Part shown: positions 1 to 12,171 of the stretch, piece by piece
Layout of the letters: every line of letters begins with the position of its first letter
Position numbering within the stretch: the first letter of the stretch is position 1
Source: Felis catus
Taxonomy: Eukaryota
Length of the DNA: 64,000 nt
Direction of reading: 5' to 3'
NCBI RefSeq assembly: GCF_018350175.1
Contig: NC_058374.1
Coordinates: 41,850,001 to 41,914,000, forward strand
Made by a program: the position numbers and the translations under genes
Notes under the pieces: generated by a model
Seen by the model: only the letters and a program-made list of their open reading frames with translations
Databases searched by the model: none
Told to the model about the DNA's origin: nothing

Positions 1-621
1 CCCCCCGGGGGGGGGGGGGGCTCAGGGATGTAAACCTTCCAGACCTGGTCCAGGTCCACAGAATCAGTACCTCCTCCCCACCAACACAGAGTCCCCCAGA
101 ATTGCTCCCTCCCCCATGCATACCCAGAAGAGCCATTTCTCTCTTCAGCAGGCGCCTGGCAAGTTTAGTTCTAGTTCAAAATCAGCTAATGACCTGGACA
201 CCTGAGTCTAATGATTCTCTCAGTAAAGTGTGAAGGACTGAGCGACCCATTATTAAATGCATGCAAAGAGCTCTGGACTTTCTCCCTTCCCCCCCAGGCA
301 GCCCCAGGAAGGAGCTGTGCAGAACAGGTCAGTTTTCTCTGTCTTGGAGGAAATGCCCACCAAGGCATCCCTTGCTAGCCCCCAGTGCACTTAAGTCCCC
401 TGCCTCCCATTATCCTTGTATTTCCCTGGGAAAAGTGATTTGCCCTGATTTGTCTCCCCAACCCCAAATCCTTACCACTTTTTCCCAAGGTCTTCCTTGC
501 CGTAGCCCACCACTTCCTATCCCACATCCAGCAAAAACACTGCCCTTGCTCCTGCCCTCCTAGCCAAACATTGCTAAACATCTGGTCCCCATCTGCCAGC
601 ACCCTCCTCCTTGCAGCTTAC

Positions 622-703
622 CAGAACTTGAAGATGATGCCAGTGGCCACGAGAACAATAATGATGGAGATGGTAATTGTGACATAGAGCTGGGGGTCCA
701 CAC
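622..703 (-). CDS. PIANP: PIANP coding exon 4 (transmembrane helix); the last exon lies beyond the window start
   Basis: AG acceptor at 705-704 and GTAAG donor at 621. Translates (G)VDPQLYVTITISIIIVLVATGIIFKF(C), in phase with the upstream exon. Confidence 0.95.
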
Positions 704-1119
704 CTGATTGGGGTGGGGAGAAAGTTTTAGGGAGGCCTGAAGTGGTAGGGGCCAAGAGGGGGTGGGGGTGGGATTAGGCTTCAGGTTAAACTTAGAGAGT
801 GTCACCATTTGAATCCACATTGTCCAATTCTTTCTGCTTTCCTGGACTCCCCCCCCCCCCCCCCCTTTATTCTTATCATCCGCTTTCCCTGGAGTTCTCA
901 GTTCCTTTCCTCCACGTTCCCAAATCTGTATGCATGTGACGAGGAGGAGGCTGCAAGGTCAGAGAGAACCCCTCCCTCTGCACAGAAACTAAGGGGTAGG
1001 AATGTCCATCTGTGCCCTAGCCCCACCCCCAAACTACTGGCCCTATCTTGGCATTCCCTGAGCTGAGATGTCACCCTGAAGGCCCTTGTCCTCCACAGTG
1101 TTCTTCTGCATGGAATACT

Positions 1120-1380
1120 CCCACTTCATTTTCAAGGTCCAGCTCCAATGTCAATTCTTGGAAGGTGTCCTGATCCCCAGGCAAAAGTAATCTCTCCCTT
1201 CCCTCTTTTCCTAAAAACATGCTGTGTATGCTTCTATTAGAGCACTTATTACATTGACTCATCCCTGAGTGTTTACACATCTGTCTTCTCCAGTGGACCT
1301 GAGCTCCACCAGGGCTCAGATGGCAGTTCATCTCTGCCTCCTGTGCCGGCACAGTGCCTGACACGTTTGTGGGAAGAACT
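1120..1380 (+). mobile_element. L2 LINE 3' fragment in a PIANP intron
   Basis: Resembles the L2 3' end (cagctccaatgtca...cacagtgcctgacac). Confidence 0.55.
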
Positions 1381-1469
1381 AACAGACAAGGACTCTGTCG
1401 CCGCCCTTAGAGCTTTCAACCAGCCTCCCACCCCTCATCCCCCTACCAGCCTCCCCCACTCCTACTCAC

Positions 1470-1981
1470 CTTCCCCACGGCCCCCAAAAAGGAACGGCCG
1501 CAGGGTGGCAGGTGCTTCTCCAAGGATGAGCCCATCTCCATCACCCCGCATGGAGTCTGAGTTGGGGTGTGGGGTGGCCAGCCCATGGGGGGCTGCAAAA
1601 CCATAGTCCAGAGGCAGAAATCCAGGGTTGGCAGAGTTGGGGTCCCCCCCATCCTCTCGAGACACTGTAGGGCCCCATACAATAGCCCAGGGGTACTGCG
1701 ATGAGGGTGGCCCCTCCTCAAAGCCTGACGGGGTGGCAGGGGGCGCAGTGCCTGGCAGGACTTGACGACGAGATCTTGGGACCCGAGGGGATCGGCTTGG
1801 TGGGGGTGCCCGCTCCCACACGCACACATGTCGTGGGGCAGAGGGGCCTCCCCGGGCACAGGGGGGCCGGGCTGGGGCTGGTGGGGTTCGAGGGGAGGAG
1901 GAGGAACCTTGAGCAGGTGGTGGGAGGGGCAGCAACAGCAGTGGCCAGAGAGGGAGGAGGTGGGACAGCAGCAGTGCAGGC
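1470..1981 (-). CDS. PIANP: PIANP coding exon 3 (signal peptide, furin-type RSRR site, Pro/Thr-rich ectodomain)
   Basis: Acceptor ttcttgcAG at 1983-1982 and donor GTGAGT at 1469. Translates PALLLSHLLPLWPLLLLPLPPPAQGSSSS...RVPRSRRQV...FLFGGRGE, matching PILR-alpha associated neural protein. Confidence 0.96.
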
Positions 1982-2244
1982 CTGCAAGAAGGGAGAGAAA
2001 GCGGGTGAGACTCAAGGCTGTCTTGGGCTTATGTGTGGGGAGCACAGGCTCCTACCAGAGATCCCAGGCTGCCTCCCTCCAGCTTTCTCTGGAAAAGCAG
2101 GTGGGCCTTGGAAAGACTGGCCTCATTTCCTACCTTCCTAGGGTCTAGCCCTTGGGATCGAAGGTCCTGGGTGGACCTAGGAGGGAAGGGGCCCAGACTC
2201 CAGGAGAAGTGGCCCCCAGCCTCCCTCTGCTGTACCAAACTTAC

Positions 2245-2261
2245 CACATCTTGGACTTCAT
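2245..2261 (-). CDS. PIANP: PIANP first coding segment (MKSKMW); exon 2 spans 2245-2304
   Basis: ATG at 2261, GTAAGT donor at 2244, TG|G phase joins exon 3. Acceptor ctcccccAG at 2306-2305. Confidence 0.88.
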
Positions 2262-4664
2262 GTCCGAGCTCTTCCTCAGCTGTGACCCAGATTTTCAGCC
2301 TTTACTGGGGGAGAAAGGGAGGGTCGTCACATCTCAACCCTGTCCTGAGTGCTTCCCCAGCTCATTCAGCCACCAGTCATATCCCCATTTGCCCTCTCAG
2401 GCTGCCAGCTGCCGCTTACCATCCTTGGGGGGGGGGGGGGGGGCAGGGGGGAGAAGGGGGAGGGGACTCAAAGAGTGGTTCCTGTCTAGCCCCCAGCCCC
2501 TTATCTACTACTGCCCAGAAATCCCGCAACTTCCTCACCTCAGGGTCTACTCTCTCTTCTCTGGCTTCCTTCCTTCTCACTTCCTCTGCCCACAGCTCCA
2601 AGCTCTTGTTGGAGCTTAATTTAGAGCCAAGAACCTTGTGATTCCTTGAGCACCTACCACTAGGGAGGGAGTCTGAGAGTGGGGGAGGGAAGAGGAAGTC
2701 AATCTGAGCGAGTGTGTGAATGTGTGCGTGGTGTGCCCAAGGGGAGCCTCCCAGCTTGCCCCCCCCCCCCGGGCTAGGGGTCCCAAGCATTTCTCTTATG
2801 CTGGGCCCGGGAATCTGCATCTTCCGGGGAAGGAGAATAGGGGATGGAAGACCAGAAAGAAAGAAAGACAGAGGTGGGTGGGGAAAAAACTACAGAGTAT
2901 AATTTTCGCTTAATGTTAAATCATCCAAATGCATAGGTGCTCTCTGAAGGGAGGTGGAGCTGAGGAGAGGCCACCCCCTCAAATGTAACTCTCCTGGGTG
3001 AAGAGTCCAGGGAGAATCTGGATGGCTGGTTTTGAGAGAGGAAGGACATGTTCTCGGAGCTGAGGGTGGTGGATCTGGGGGGCCAGGCTCCCCAGAGTGG
3101 ATGAGGATATGACACCCGGGGTCCTCTGGATTCTGCACATTAAGTACTCCCAGAGAATAAGAGGGGAATATGATGGGAAATTCTGGGGAAGGGAAAGGGG
3201 GAGCGGCCAGGGGTGGGGGGGGAGAGGTGAAGGGGTAAGGCGCTGAGAGAGGGAGGGGTGGTTAAGAGTGAGGAGAGGAGAAAGGTGAAGAGGAAGCTGG
3301 CACAGCGCACAGGGGGAGGGAGAGTAGTCAGTCCCGAAAGAGAACGGACTGGGAAGGAGGTGGGCACAGAAGACGGGAAGCTTGGAGGATGCTAAAGGAA
3401 GAACAATGTAAGAATACAGGTGAGAGAGGGAAACCGGGAGGGTGAAGGGGTCGCAGGATCAGGGGAAGAAGAGGGAAGGGCAGGAGGACAGGGAAGGAAA
3501 GGTCCAGGCAGAATGGGAAGTGTAAAGAGTGGAAGGGGAAGAGAGAAAAGGGGTGGAGAAGACCAAGCACGGGGAGAAAAGAAATGGAAAAAGGAGAGAA
3601 CATAATACCGAGGACAGAATGAGAAGAGGAAGGGATGGGGGACAAAACACGGAGCAGCAAAGATGGAGGAGTTGGAAATTGTTTCTTCAAATGTAAAGGG
3701 ATATGGAGCTATGGAAAGAGATAGCCTTCAGCCTGATGGGCTGAAGGGAGAGAGGGACGGGAAGGGAAGGAAGCAGGAGGGAGGGAAGGAGGGAGGAAGG
3801 AGGTTAGAGCGAACCAGTGAAGCGAAGAAGGGCTGAAGGGGACATCTGTGGCCAGCTGACTCCAGGACTCACTTGCCTCTCTGCCTTGTGCATCCCCCCC
3901 ACCCAAAACCAACGTCAACTCCAATCCCCGAGCCCCGCACCCTCTTTAGCCCACCCCCTCCAGGAAGCCCGCAGTCCCTAGCTTGGCGCGCCACCCCCAC
4001 CCTCTCCTCGATTCTCACCGACCTGTTGTGCGCAGGAGACGAGCTGGGGGTGGGGCGGGAGCCTTGGGGTGGGGGAACTGGGCCCCATCCCCAGGGCTGC
4101 CCCGGGCCCACCCCTCCCACGGGCCCGCGCTCCCCGGACAGGCTGGAAAGCGGCGAGAGTGGGGGGAAGGCGAGGACCGGGAGGTCAGCGAACGGACTCC
4201 GAGGGAGGGAGCGCCGAGCGCAGGGAACCCGAGACAGGAGGATGCACAGAGCCGAGGGCTGAGCCGGAGGCGGGATGGAGGCAGCCGCGGGGACGCTGAC
4301 CGCTGCGCCAGGAGGGCAGGATGGAGTCGGGACCAGCGGAGGGATGGAGAGCTCGGAGGGGAAGGCGCGCCTAGGGGTTGGATGCTCGAGCCCGGGCGAA
4401 GGACCGCGCCGGCAGGGGCGGGGGGCGGAGGGCGCCGAGTGGGGAAGGGCAGGGCCAGGCTCCCGCGGGCGGGGGCGTGGGGGGGGGGTCCCTCTCGCTC
4501 ACCTGCATGCCTGGCGCGGCGGCGCGACAGCTGCGGGCGCTCGGGGCTGCGCGGGGCTGGGGGGTCGAGAGGGCTTGTGGGGCACGGGGCATGGTCGGGG
4601 GGTTTGGCCGCAGCCGGGGCGCTGGAGAGGGTTGGGGGGGGTGGGGTGGGCGCCCGGCGCGCGG

Positions 4665-4712
<48 letters not shown>
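4665..4712. repeat. (GGC)16 trinucleotide repeat
   Basis: 16 uninterrupted GGC units counted directly. Confidence 0.95.
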
Positions 4713-4714
<2 letters not shown>

Positions 4715-4720
4715 GAGATG

Positions 4721-4776
4721 CTCGGCTCGGCTCGGCTCGGCTCGGCTCGGGCTGCGCTCGGCTCGGCTGGGCTCGG
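4721..4776. repeat. (CTCGG)n pentanucleotide repeat, 6 perfect units then degenerate units
   Basis: Read directly from the sequence. Confidence 0.9.
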
Positions 4777-5169
4777 CGCGGCAGCTCCGAGAGCACGGTC
4801 TCCGCCTCTCCCCCTCCCGCGGTGGGCCCCGCACCGTTTAACCCTCCTGCTGCCGTGCCGCAGGAGTGCGCCCAGCTGGGTCCCAGGTGGAGGGTTGGAG
4901 AGGGCAGCGGAGGATGACCGCCAGTCTGATCCCCCGGGTTATGGTGGCGGGCTTCTCCACCCCTTTCACCCAACTCCGTGGACATCCATGTTCATCCCCG
5001 TCGGCGTCTGAGATTCTGAGTCACCTAAGGCTCTGCGTCCCTAACCGCGTCTCGGTCCCTGGTGGAGATGGCAGAGCTCTGGGGATCAAGGTGGGGCTGA
5101 GGGTGGTGGTGAAGACCTCGAACCATCCTTGGATTATCCCAAGGCTTGATCCCCCATTCCACTCCGGTG

Positions 5170-6925
5170 CTGTTTACAATGCATTCTCTCCGAGGCAACG
5201 CGAATGCTATTTAAAATAAGTAGATCGAGTTGCATTACTCAGCTTTTTTAGCACTCAGATCATCCAGATTCCTTATTGTGACTTACAAGGCCCTATATGA
5301 CCTGTCCACTAGTTTGCTTTCTGATTTCCTCTCCTAACTCTCCGTATGCCCTAGCCACGTTGGACCTGATCTATGTTCCTAGAACTAGAGGATCTTAACC
5401 TGCCACTGGGCCTTGGCACTTATGTTCCCTTTGCCTGGAATGTTTTCCCCTGGCTTTTCACAATGACTCACTCTTTTCATTAAAATTTCACTGAGATCCA
5501 ATGTCACCTCCTCTGAGAGGCCTTCCCTAGCCTCTCTATCAAAAGTAGCTTCCCCTCTGACTCTATCCTACCCCATCCCTCTCTACCATGTTTCATTCTG
5601 ATTGTACTCCTAGGATGCCACACTCTCCTACTTTCCTTCCAACCTCACTGGCTTTCCCTTCCCCAGTCTTCTGCTCGACCTCTAAATGTTAGTGCTTGCT
5701 AGGGCTCAGTCCTTGGCTCTCTTCTCTTTCCACATTCTCTGTCCAGTGATGTCATCCAGTCCCAGGCCTTAAATACTATGTAAATGTCAGCGAGTCCTAA
5801 ATTTATATCCAAAGCTCCAGACTCATTTACCCAACAGCCTGCTTGACATCTCCACTTGGATGTCTAATAGCCATGTGAAACTAATGTGGCTAAAATAAAT
5901 GTCTTGAAGTCTTCCCCCGCCAATCCATTGCTCTCCGTGTGACCCATGCTGGGACATGACAACTATTTGTTCAGGCTGAAAACCTAGGAAACATCTTTCC
6001 CCACCTTTCCCTTTTCTCACTGATTCTTGCCCTGTATCTAATTCACCTGCAAGTTCTGCAAGGTGAGCTCTGCATACAAAATATATCCTGAATCCCTCCA
6101 CTTCTCTCCTTCTATGTTACTTCCATCCTGGTTCAAGCCATCGTCGCTCATGTGGAAGAGGGCAATAGCTTCTTAGCTGGCCCCTTGCCTCTGCCCTTGC
6201 CCTTTACAAACTAGTCTTCACAATATCTAGTAATATTTTTATAATCTAAATCATATCATGCTCTTTCCTGCTTAAAATATTTGAGTGGCTTTTCATTGTA
6301 CTTGGAATAAATCTGAACTCATTGTTAGGAGAGGCCCTCTAACCTGTACTCCTCCTCCGTGTTCAAACAATGCTCCTGCCAGATCAGATTTCTTGATGTT
6401 TTAGAACATCTGAAATCATCTCCTCAGCACCCCAGCACTTTTGACTCTCTCTTCCTGAAAACCTTTGCCCACCCCTCATGCTCTTCACCTGGTTGGCTCC
6501 CTCTTGTTATTCAGTCACTTTATTTCATCAATATGATTTTTTTCCTTTTTTAAAAAATTTTATTTTAGAGCGTGCACACAATCAGGGGGTAGGTCAGAGG
6601 GAGAGAGAGAGAAAGACAATCCCAAGCAGGCTCTTTGCTTAGCACGGAGCCCAATGTGGGGTTTGATCCCATGACCCTGGGATCATGATCTGAGCCAAAA
6701 TCAAGAGTTGGTCACTTAACCAACTGAGCCACCGAGGCACCCCTATTTCATCAATATGTTTCCAACTCATCACTCTCTGAAATGATCTTATGTTTACTGT
6801 TCATTGCCTCCCCCCACCCCTGCCAGCCATACACTAGAGAACAAAGATCTCATTTGGCTAGTTCACCCTGTATCCTACCTCAGAGTCTGGCACATAGTAG
6901 ATGTTCAATATTTATTGCTTAGTAA
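5170..6925 (+). mobile_element. Degenerate L2 LINE fragments, interrupted by a Can-SINE
   Basis: L2-like motifs (gacatctccacttggatgtctaatag; ctggcacatagtagatgttcaatatttattg). Confidence 0.65.
6538..6743 (-). mobile_element. Can-SINE
   Basis: tRNA-derived head, (AG)n tract and T tail. TSD tatttcatcaatatg at 6521-6535 and 6744-6758. Confidence 0.85.
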
Positions 6926-7487
6926 ATTTTACCTGGGACCCCTGCCCACTCTGAATTCTTCATTCTCTTCTCTGCTCTCCTCTTGCCTTTCCTCTCTGTC
7001 TGCCTGCCATCCCTGATCTCTGCCCTGTGCTGAGTGCTTTAGGTTGAGTCTCTGCTCACACCCACGCTCCTCCAGATTCTTGCCCTCCATCGTCTGCATT
7101 ATTACTGTCATTAGCCTGGCACTCCCGCCTCCCGGAAGGAAGCCTGCTGTTCTGACCAGCATCTGCAGCGGTTGCCCTCCTGTTTGTCTGTCCCTGACAG
7201 CCCTTCATTCCGAGGTCAGAAACAGCAGTGAGTGAGCCACCCTCCTAGTGTTTCCCTGTGGTCAGGGAAAAACAGTACACAGTGAATGTGAACCAGACTA
7301 TGTGAGGCAGGGCGTGCAAATCATGCCATATCCTGGGCCCCACTGAGCCCCATAGCCTGAGGATATGCTGTAAGAGGACTCATTAAATGATGGGTGTGGG
7401 TGAAATTTATCAAGTCCGTATTCACTACCCGTGTAAGTGCTTTTTCACACCGAGGACTTTGGATCATTATCAATTATTCCTAGTATT

Positions 7488-7700
7488 CTTTTTTTTTATT
7501 TTTAAAGTTTATTTCTCTATTGAGAGAGAGAGAGAATGAGTGGGGAGGGGCAGAGAGAGAGGGAAAGAGAGAATCCTAAGTAGGCTCCACACTGTAAGAG
7601 GGGAGCCTGACAAAGGGCTCTATCTCATGAACTGTGAGATCATGACCTGAGCTAAAATCAAGAGTCCGATAACTTAACTGACTGAGCCACCCCGGTGCCC
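7488..7700 (-). mobile_element. Can-SINE
   Basis: Typical gagatcatgacctgagc...actgagccacc...gccc structure. Confidence 0.85.
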
Positions 7701-8725
7701 CATATTTCTACTATTCTTGATTCTTGCCTTCTTTTGACGACTCTTTTTGGAACACCTACTACGTGCTGGGCACTGTGCTGCTGGCTAGAGACACAGTGGA
7801 GAGCAAGAACAAAGTCACCACTGTCTTCATGGAACTTAGAATCTAGTGAAGGAGACAATGAAATACAGAGTGATAAATGTGTCTTCAGATGAGTTTGAGA
7901 ACCTTCCCGCACTCCACAATCTATAAATTCTTTCCCTGTGTCTGCCTCTGCTGGTATCTTTATCATTATCTCTGTGCTCATTGGGGTTTCCCAGGATTTC
8001 TCAGGGTAAATTTCTGTCTGTTTCCTGTCCTCAAATGTCCAATGCCCTTCTGAACTCTTCCCACTCCCAGCTGATGATCTTGCTTGCTGTTTCTCTGAGA
8101 AAATAGAAGCAGACAGAAGAGAACTCTCCCTCACCCCCACCCCTGCCTCCACATCCTAGCCCACGTCTCCTGCTGGGTGAGGGGAGGTCTCAGGCCTCTC
8201 AACCACCCAAAGTCTTCACTCCAGTGGCTCTCCTTCCTCTCCTTGGCATCATTGTCCTTTCTACTTGATTATCCCAGCAGCATGTGAGCGTGTTGTAATT
8301 TATTACAGCTGAAAACAAGCCCTCCTTAGCTCCACCTTCCCCTTCCGTGTCTGCCCTTCTGTTTCCCTTTATAGCAAAGCATCTCAGAAGATGGTCTCTA
8401 TTCACCATCTCTTCTCCTCCCAGTCCTTCTCTTTCTCTTTCACTAACTTAAATTCAACTATTTAATTTTTGCAACTCATTATTTTGAGTGGGTAATACAC
8501 TCACATATGCAAGAAAAGTTTTCAATATATAAAATATTGTATAGTGAGAGTTCTCATTCTTTCTCCCACCCACCATCTTTCCAGTTCCCATCCCTGCCTT
8601 CAGTGTGACTAATTTCTATGCATTCTTTCAGTTTCTGCATGCACAAGCAAATAGTAATATAAATTCTTATTCCCCTGTCTGTTTTACATAAAAATCGGCA
8701 TACTGTGTATACTATTCTACATCTT

Positions 8726-8950
8726 TCCTTTTTTTTTTTAAGTTCATTTATTTATTTTGTGAGGCAGGGGGATAGAAAGAGAGAGAGTGCTGGGGAGAGG
8801 CAGAGAGAAGGAGAGAGAGATAATCCCAAGCAGGCTCCACACTGTGAGTACAGAGCCCAACTCAGGGCTTGAACCCATGAACCATGAGATCATGACCTGA
8901 GCCGAAATCAAGAGTTGGATGCTTAACCAAATGAGCCACCCAGGCGCCCC
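8726..8950 (-). mobile_element. Can-SINE
   Basis: Canonical structure ending gagccacccaggcgcccc. Confidence 0.85.
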
Positions 8951-9234
8951 TACAACTTTTCTTTTTGACTCTTACTCATTTGTAGGAGTTCTTTATCTAT
9001 TATGGCTACAAATCTTTTGTCAGCTTTATATATTGCAAATATCTTTTGTGAGATATTTGTGACCTGTCCTTTACTTTTCTCATGATGTATCTTGATTATC
9101 AGAAGTTCTTCATTTTAATATAGGCATATTCATCAACCTTTAATTTATGATTATGCTTTTTGTATCTTATATAAAAAAATCACCCTACCCTCCTGGTCAG
9201 AAAAATATTTTCTTACATATTCTTCAAAAGATTT

Positions 9235-9455
9235 ATTTTTTATTTTTTTTTTCAACGTTTATTTATTTTTGGGACAGAGAGAGACAGAGCATGAACGGGG
9301 GAGGGGCAGAGAGAGAGGGAGACACAGAATCGGAAACAGGCTCCAGGCTCTGAGCCATCAGCCCAGAGCCTGACGCGGGGCTCCAACTCCCGGACCGCGA
9401 GATCGTGACCTGGCTGAAGTCGGACGCTTAACCGACTGCGCCACCCAGGCGCCCC
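9235..9455 (-). mobile_element. Young felid SINE (SINEC_Fc type)
   Basis: CpG-rich, near-consensus sequence. Perfect TSD ttcaaaagattt at 9223-9234 and 9456-9467. Confidence 0.9.
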
Positions 9456-11334
9456 TTCAAAAGATTTTAAACTTAAGTCCTAAGTCTACCTAGAATTGAT
9501 TTTCTGTGGTAGATTTTTATGACAATCTATTTTGCATTTTTTGATATGGAAAATCAATTATCCCAATTTTATTTACTAAATAGTCCCTCCCTTCTGCCTG
9601 ATCTGCTTTGGTAACTCTGTTATGTATCAAAGTTCTATATCTACTTGGATCTGTTTCTGGACACTATTCTGTTTCATTAGTCAACTTTTTAAAACCTGCA
9701 CCAATAGCACACTGTCCTATAGCTTTAAAATAAACCTAGATATCTCCTAGAGCAAATGCCACCTTGCCAATACACTCTTTTGGGGGAATATTTTGCCATT
9801 TCTTGGCCATTGCTGTATTTGAGAATCAACTTGTCAAGTTCCACAGGATTTTGATTGGAATTGCACTGAATCCAAAGTCCAATTTGAGTCTGACATCTTT
9901 TGGATATTGAAATTTCCTATCATGCATTTGGGATATCTTTTCCTTTATTTAGGTCCTTAATGTCTTTCAATGATGTTGTGTCATTTTCTGCATACAGATT
10001 ATGCACATCTTTGGTTTTATTTATTCCTAGGCACTTCATTGCTTTTGTGTTATGGTAAATGGTATCTTTAAGATGACATTTCAAATTGGTTTTTGATGGT
10101 AAATAGAAATGCAATTGATTTTCAATATTGGTTTTAGAGCCAACCGCTTTGATAAGCTCTCTCTGCTGTATAATTTTTCTATAGACTTTTTAAATTTTCT
10201 ACAAAGACAATCATGTCATCTGCAAATGATGGCAGTTTGCTTTTTCTTTTCTGATACTATGCCTATAATTTCCTTTTCTTGTGCTGGCCAGGATCTTTAG
10301 TACAATGTTGAATACAAGCAGTGATAGCTGGCATCTTCCTTTTGTTCCCGGTTTTAAAAGAAATGCTTCCAATGTTTTCCCAGTAAGAATAGTGTTTTCT
10401 GTGTGTTTTTTAAAAATAACTTTTATCAAGTTAAGGAAAAATCCCTTTTATTCCTAGTTTGCTAAGAGTTTTGTCATGTATGGGTGTTGAATTAAATGCT
10501 CCTTAAAGCTCATTTTTATTGTGAAATGTGACACACGTAAAGACAAATGCAACAAAAATAAATATAAAATATATTGAGTACTTACAAAGGGAAAACTTAC
10601 AGAGGAAATACTCCCGTGACTACCATCCAGGCTAACTAAAAAACCTTACCAGTGTTCAAAAAGGACTTGTGTGTTCCTGCTTGCTCATACATCATTCCCT
10701 CCTCGCCATAGGTAAGCAGTATTCTGACTTTTACGGCAATTACTTCCTTGCTTTTCCTCATATGTGTGTACATTCCTTAACTATATAGTTTCTTTTGTCT
10801 GCTTTTGAAGATATATGTATAAAACTATATGTATTTGTTATGTATATGTAGAAGTGGAATTAATGCATCATAGGGCATCTTCCACTTTATTAAATAATGC
10901 TACCAGTTTTCCACAGTGGTTTAACCACTTGTACTCTCATTAACTATATATGAGAATTGCTTTTACTCTGGATTCTTGTCAACATTTGATTTTTTCAGAC
11001 TTTAATTTTAGCTATTTTTGTTCATACAGTGATATTTCATTATGGCTTTAATTTGCATTGCTTGGTTACTAATGAAGGGGAGCAACTTTTCATGTTTGTT
11101 GACCTTGTGGATTACCTCTTGTGAAGTTGTAGTTTAAATCTTTAGTTCACGCTTATAATTTCTGTTGTTAGGAGGTTTTTTCCTATTAATTTGTAATATT
11201 TCCTGTTAACTTATATACATCCTGGATACATCCTTTGTTAGTCATATATGTTATAAATACTTCTTTCTGTTCTGTGACCTGTCTTTTGGTGAACAGATGT
11301 TCTTGATTTTTTTTAATCATAGGCTTAAACATTC

Positions 11335-11541
11335 TTTTAAAAATATTTTTTATTCTAGAGAGAAAAAAAGAGAGAGAGAGGATGAGCAGGGGAGAGGGGA
11401 CAGAACGAGAGAGAGAATCCCAACCAGGCTCCACACTCAGTTCAGAACCCAGCCAGGGCTTGATCCCACAATGTTGGGATCATGACCAGAGCCAAAATTA
11501 AGAGTTGGATACCCAGCTGACTGGGCCAGCCAGGTGCTCCT
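11335..11541 (-). mobile_element. Can-SINE (older)
   Basis: (AG)n tract, gggatcatgacc, head remnant. Confidence 0.75.
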
Positions 11542-11659
11542 GTTCTTGGTTTTAATGTAGTAAAATTGATCAATCTTTTTCTTCATAGTTAGTGTATTTG
11601 AGTCTTAAGAAATACTTCCCTACTCCGAATTCATGAATATATTCTATATTATCTTCTGC

Positions 11660-11862
11660 AATTTATTTATTGATTGATTGATTATAGTTTACTTATTTAT
11701 TGATGGGGAAGGATAGAGAGAGGGGGAGAGAGAGAATCCCAAGAAGGTTCTGCACTGTCAGTGTGGAGCCTGACATGGGGTTCAATCTCACAAACTGTGA
11801 TATCAAGACCTCAGCTGAAATCAAAAGTTGGATGCTTAACTAACTGAGCCACCCAGGCACCT
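11660..11862 (-). mobile_element. Can-SINE
   Basis: Canonical structure. Confidence 0.8.
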
Positions 11863-12171
11863 CCATTCTTTTGAATTTTCTACATATGCTATCACGTGTT
11901 AATATTTTCTAAAAATGGTAATGGCTTTGCTTCTTTTTTTTATCTCACCCTTTATCCTTTTTTCCCTTGTCTTAGTGCTATGGTTAGGATCCCCATTACA
12001 AGACTGAATAGAATTAGTGATACCAGGGATTCCTTTATCAGATTAACAAGTTCTCTTTGAGTTTTCTAAAATACTTTTTTAAGTAGGCTTCACACCCAGC
12101 ACAGAGCCCAGTGGTGGCCAAAGTCATGACCCTGAGATCAAGGCCTGAGTTGAGATCAAGAGTCAGATGTT

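Larger units (their letters stand above)
4503..4810 (-). other. PIANP: PIANP non-coding exon 1 (5' boundary approximate)
   Basis: Lies in the CpG island and ends at a strong donor CAG|GTGAG (4503/4502). The TSS position is inferred. Confidence 0.65.
3930..5060. promoter_or_regulatory. CpG island / PIANP promoter
   Basis: Very high GC and CpG density with GC boxes at the 5' end of PIANP. Confidence 0.85.
8440..12070 (-). mobile_element. Old L1 (L1M-type) fragments, antisense, interrupted by SINEs; continues at about 13910-14340
   Basis: T-rich L1 ORF2/3' antisense motifs (gattttgattggaattgcactgaa; atcatgtcatctgcaaat; tttaatttgcatt). Confidence 0.7.

Noticed and set aside
1443-2641. Several 130-200 aa ORFs overlapping PIANP exons
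   Set aside because: Alternative-frame or antisense shadows of a GC-rich coding exon.
4183-4203. Possible REST/NRSE site in PIANP intron 1
   Set aside because: Half-site spacing and sequence do not fit the TTCAGCACCNNGGACAG consensus.
3983-5011. 342-aa + strand ORF (polyArg) and overlapping polyGly/polyAla/polyPro ORFs
   Set aside because: Low-complexity open frames caused by stop-poor CpG-island and triplet-repeat sequence; no recognisable domain.
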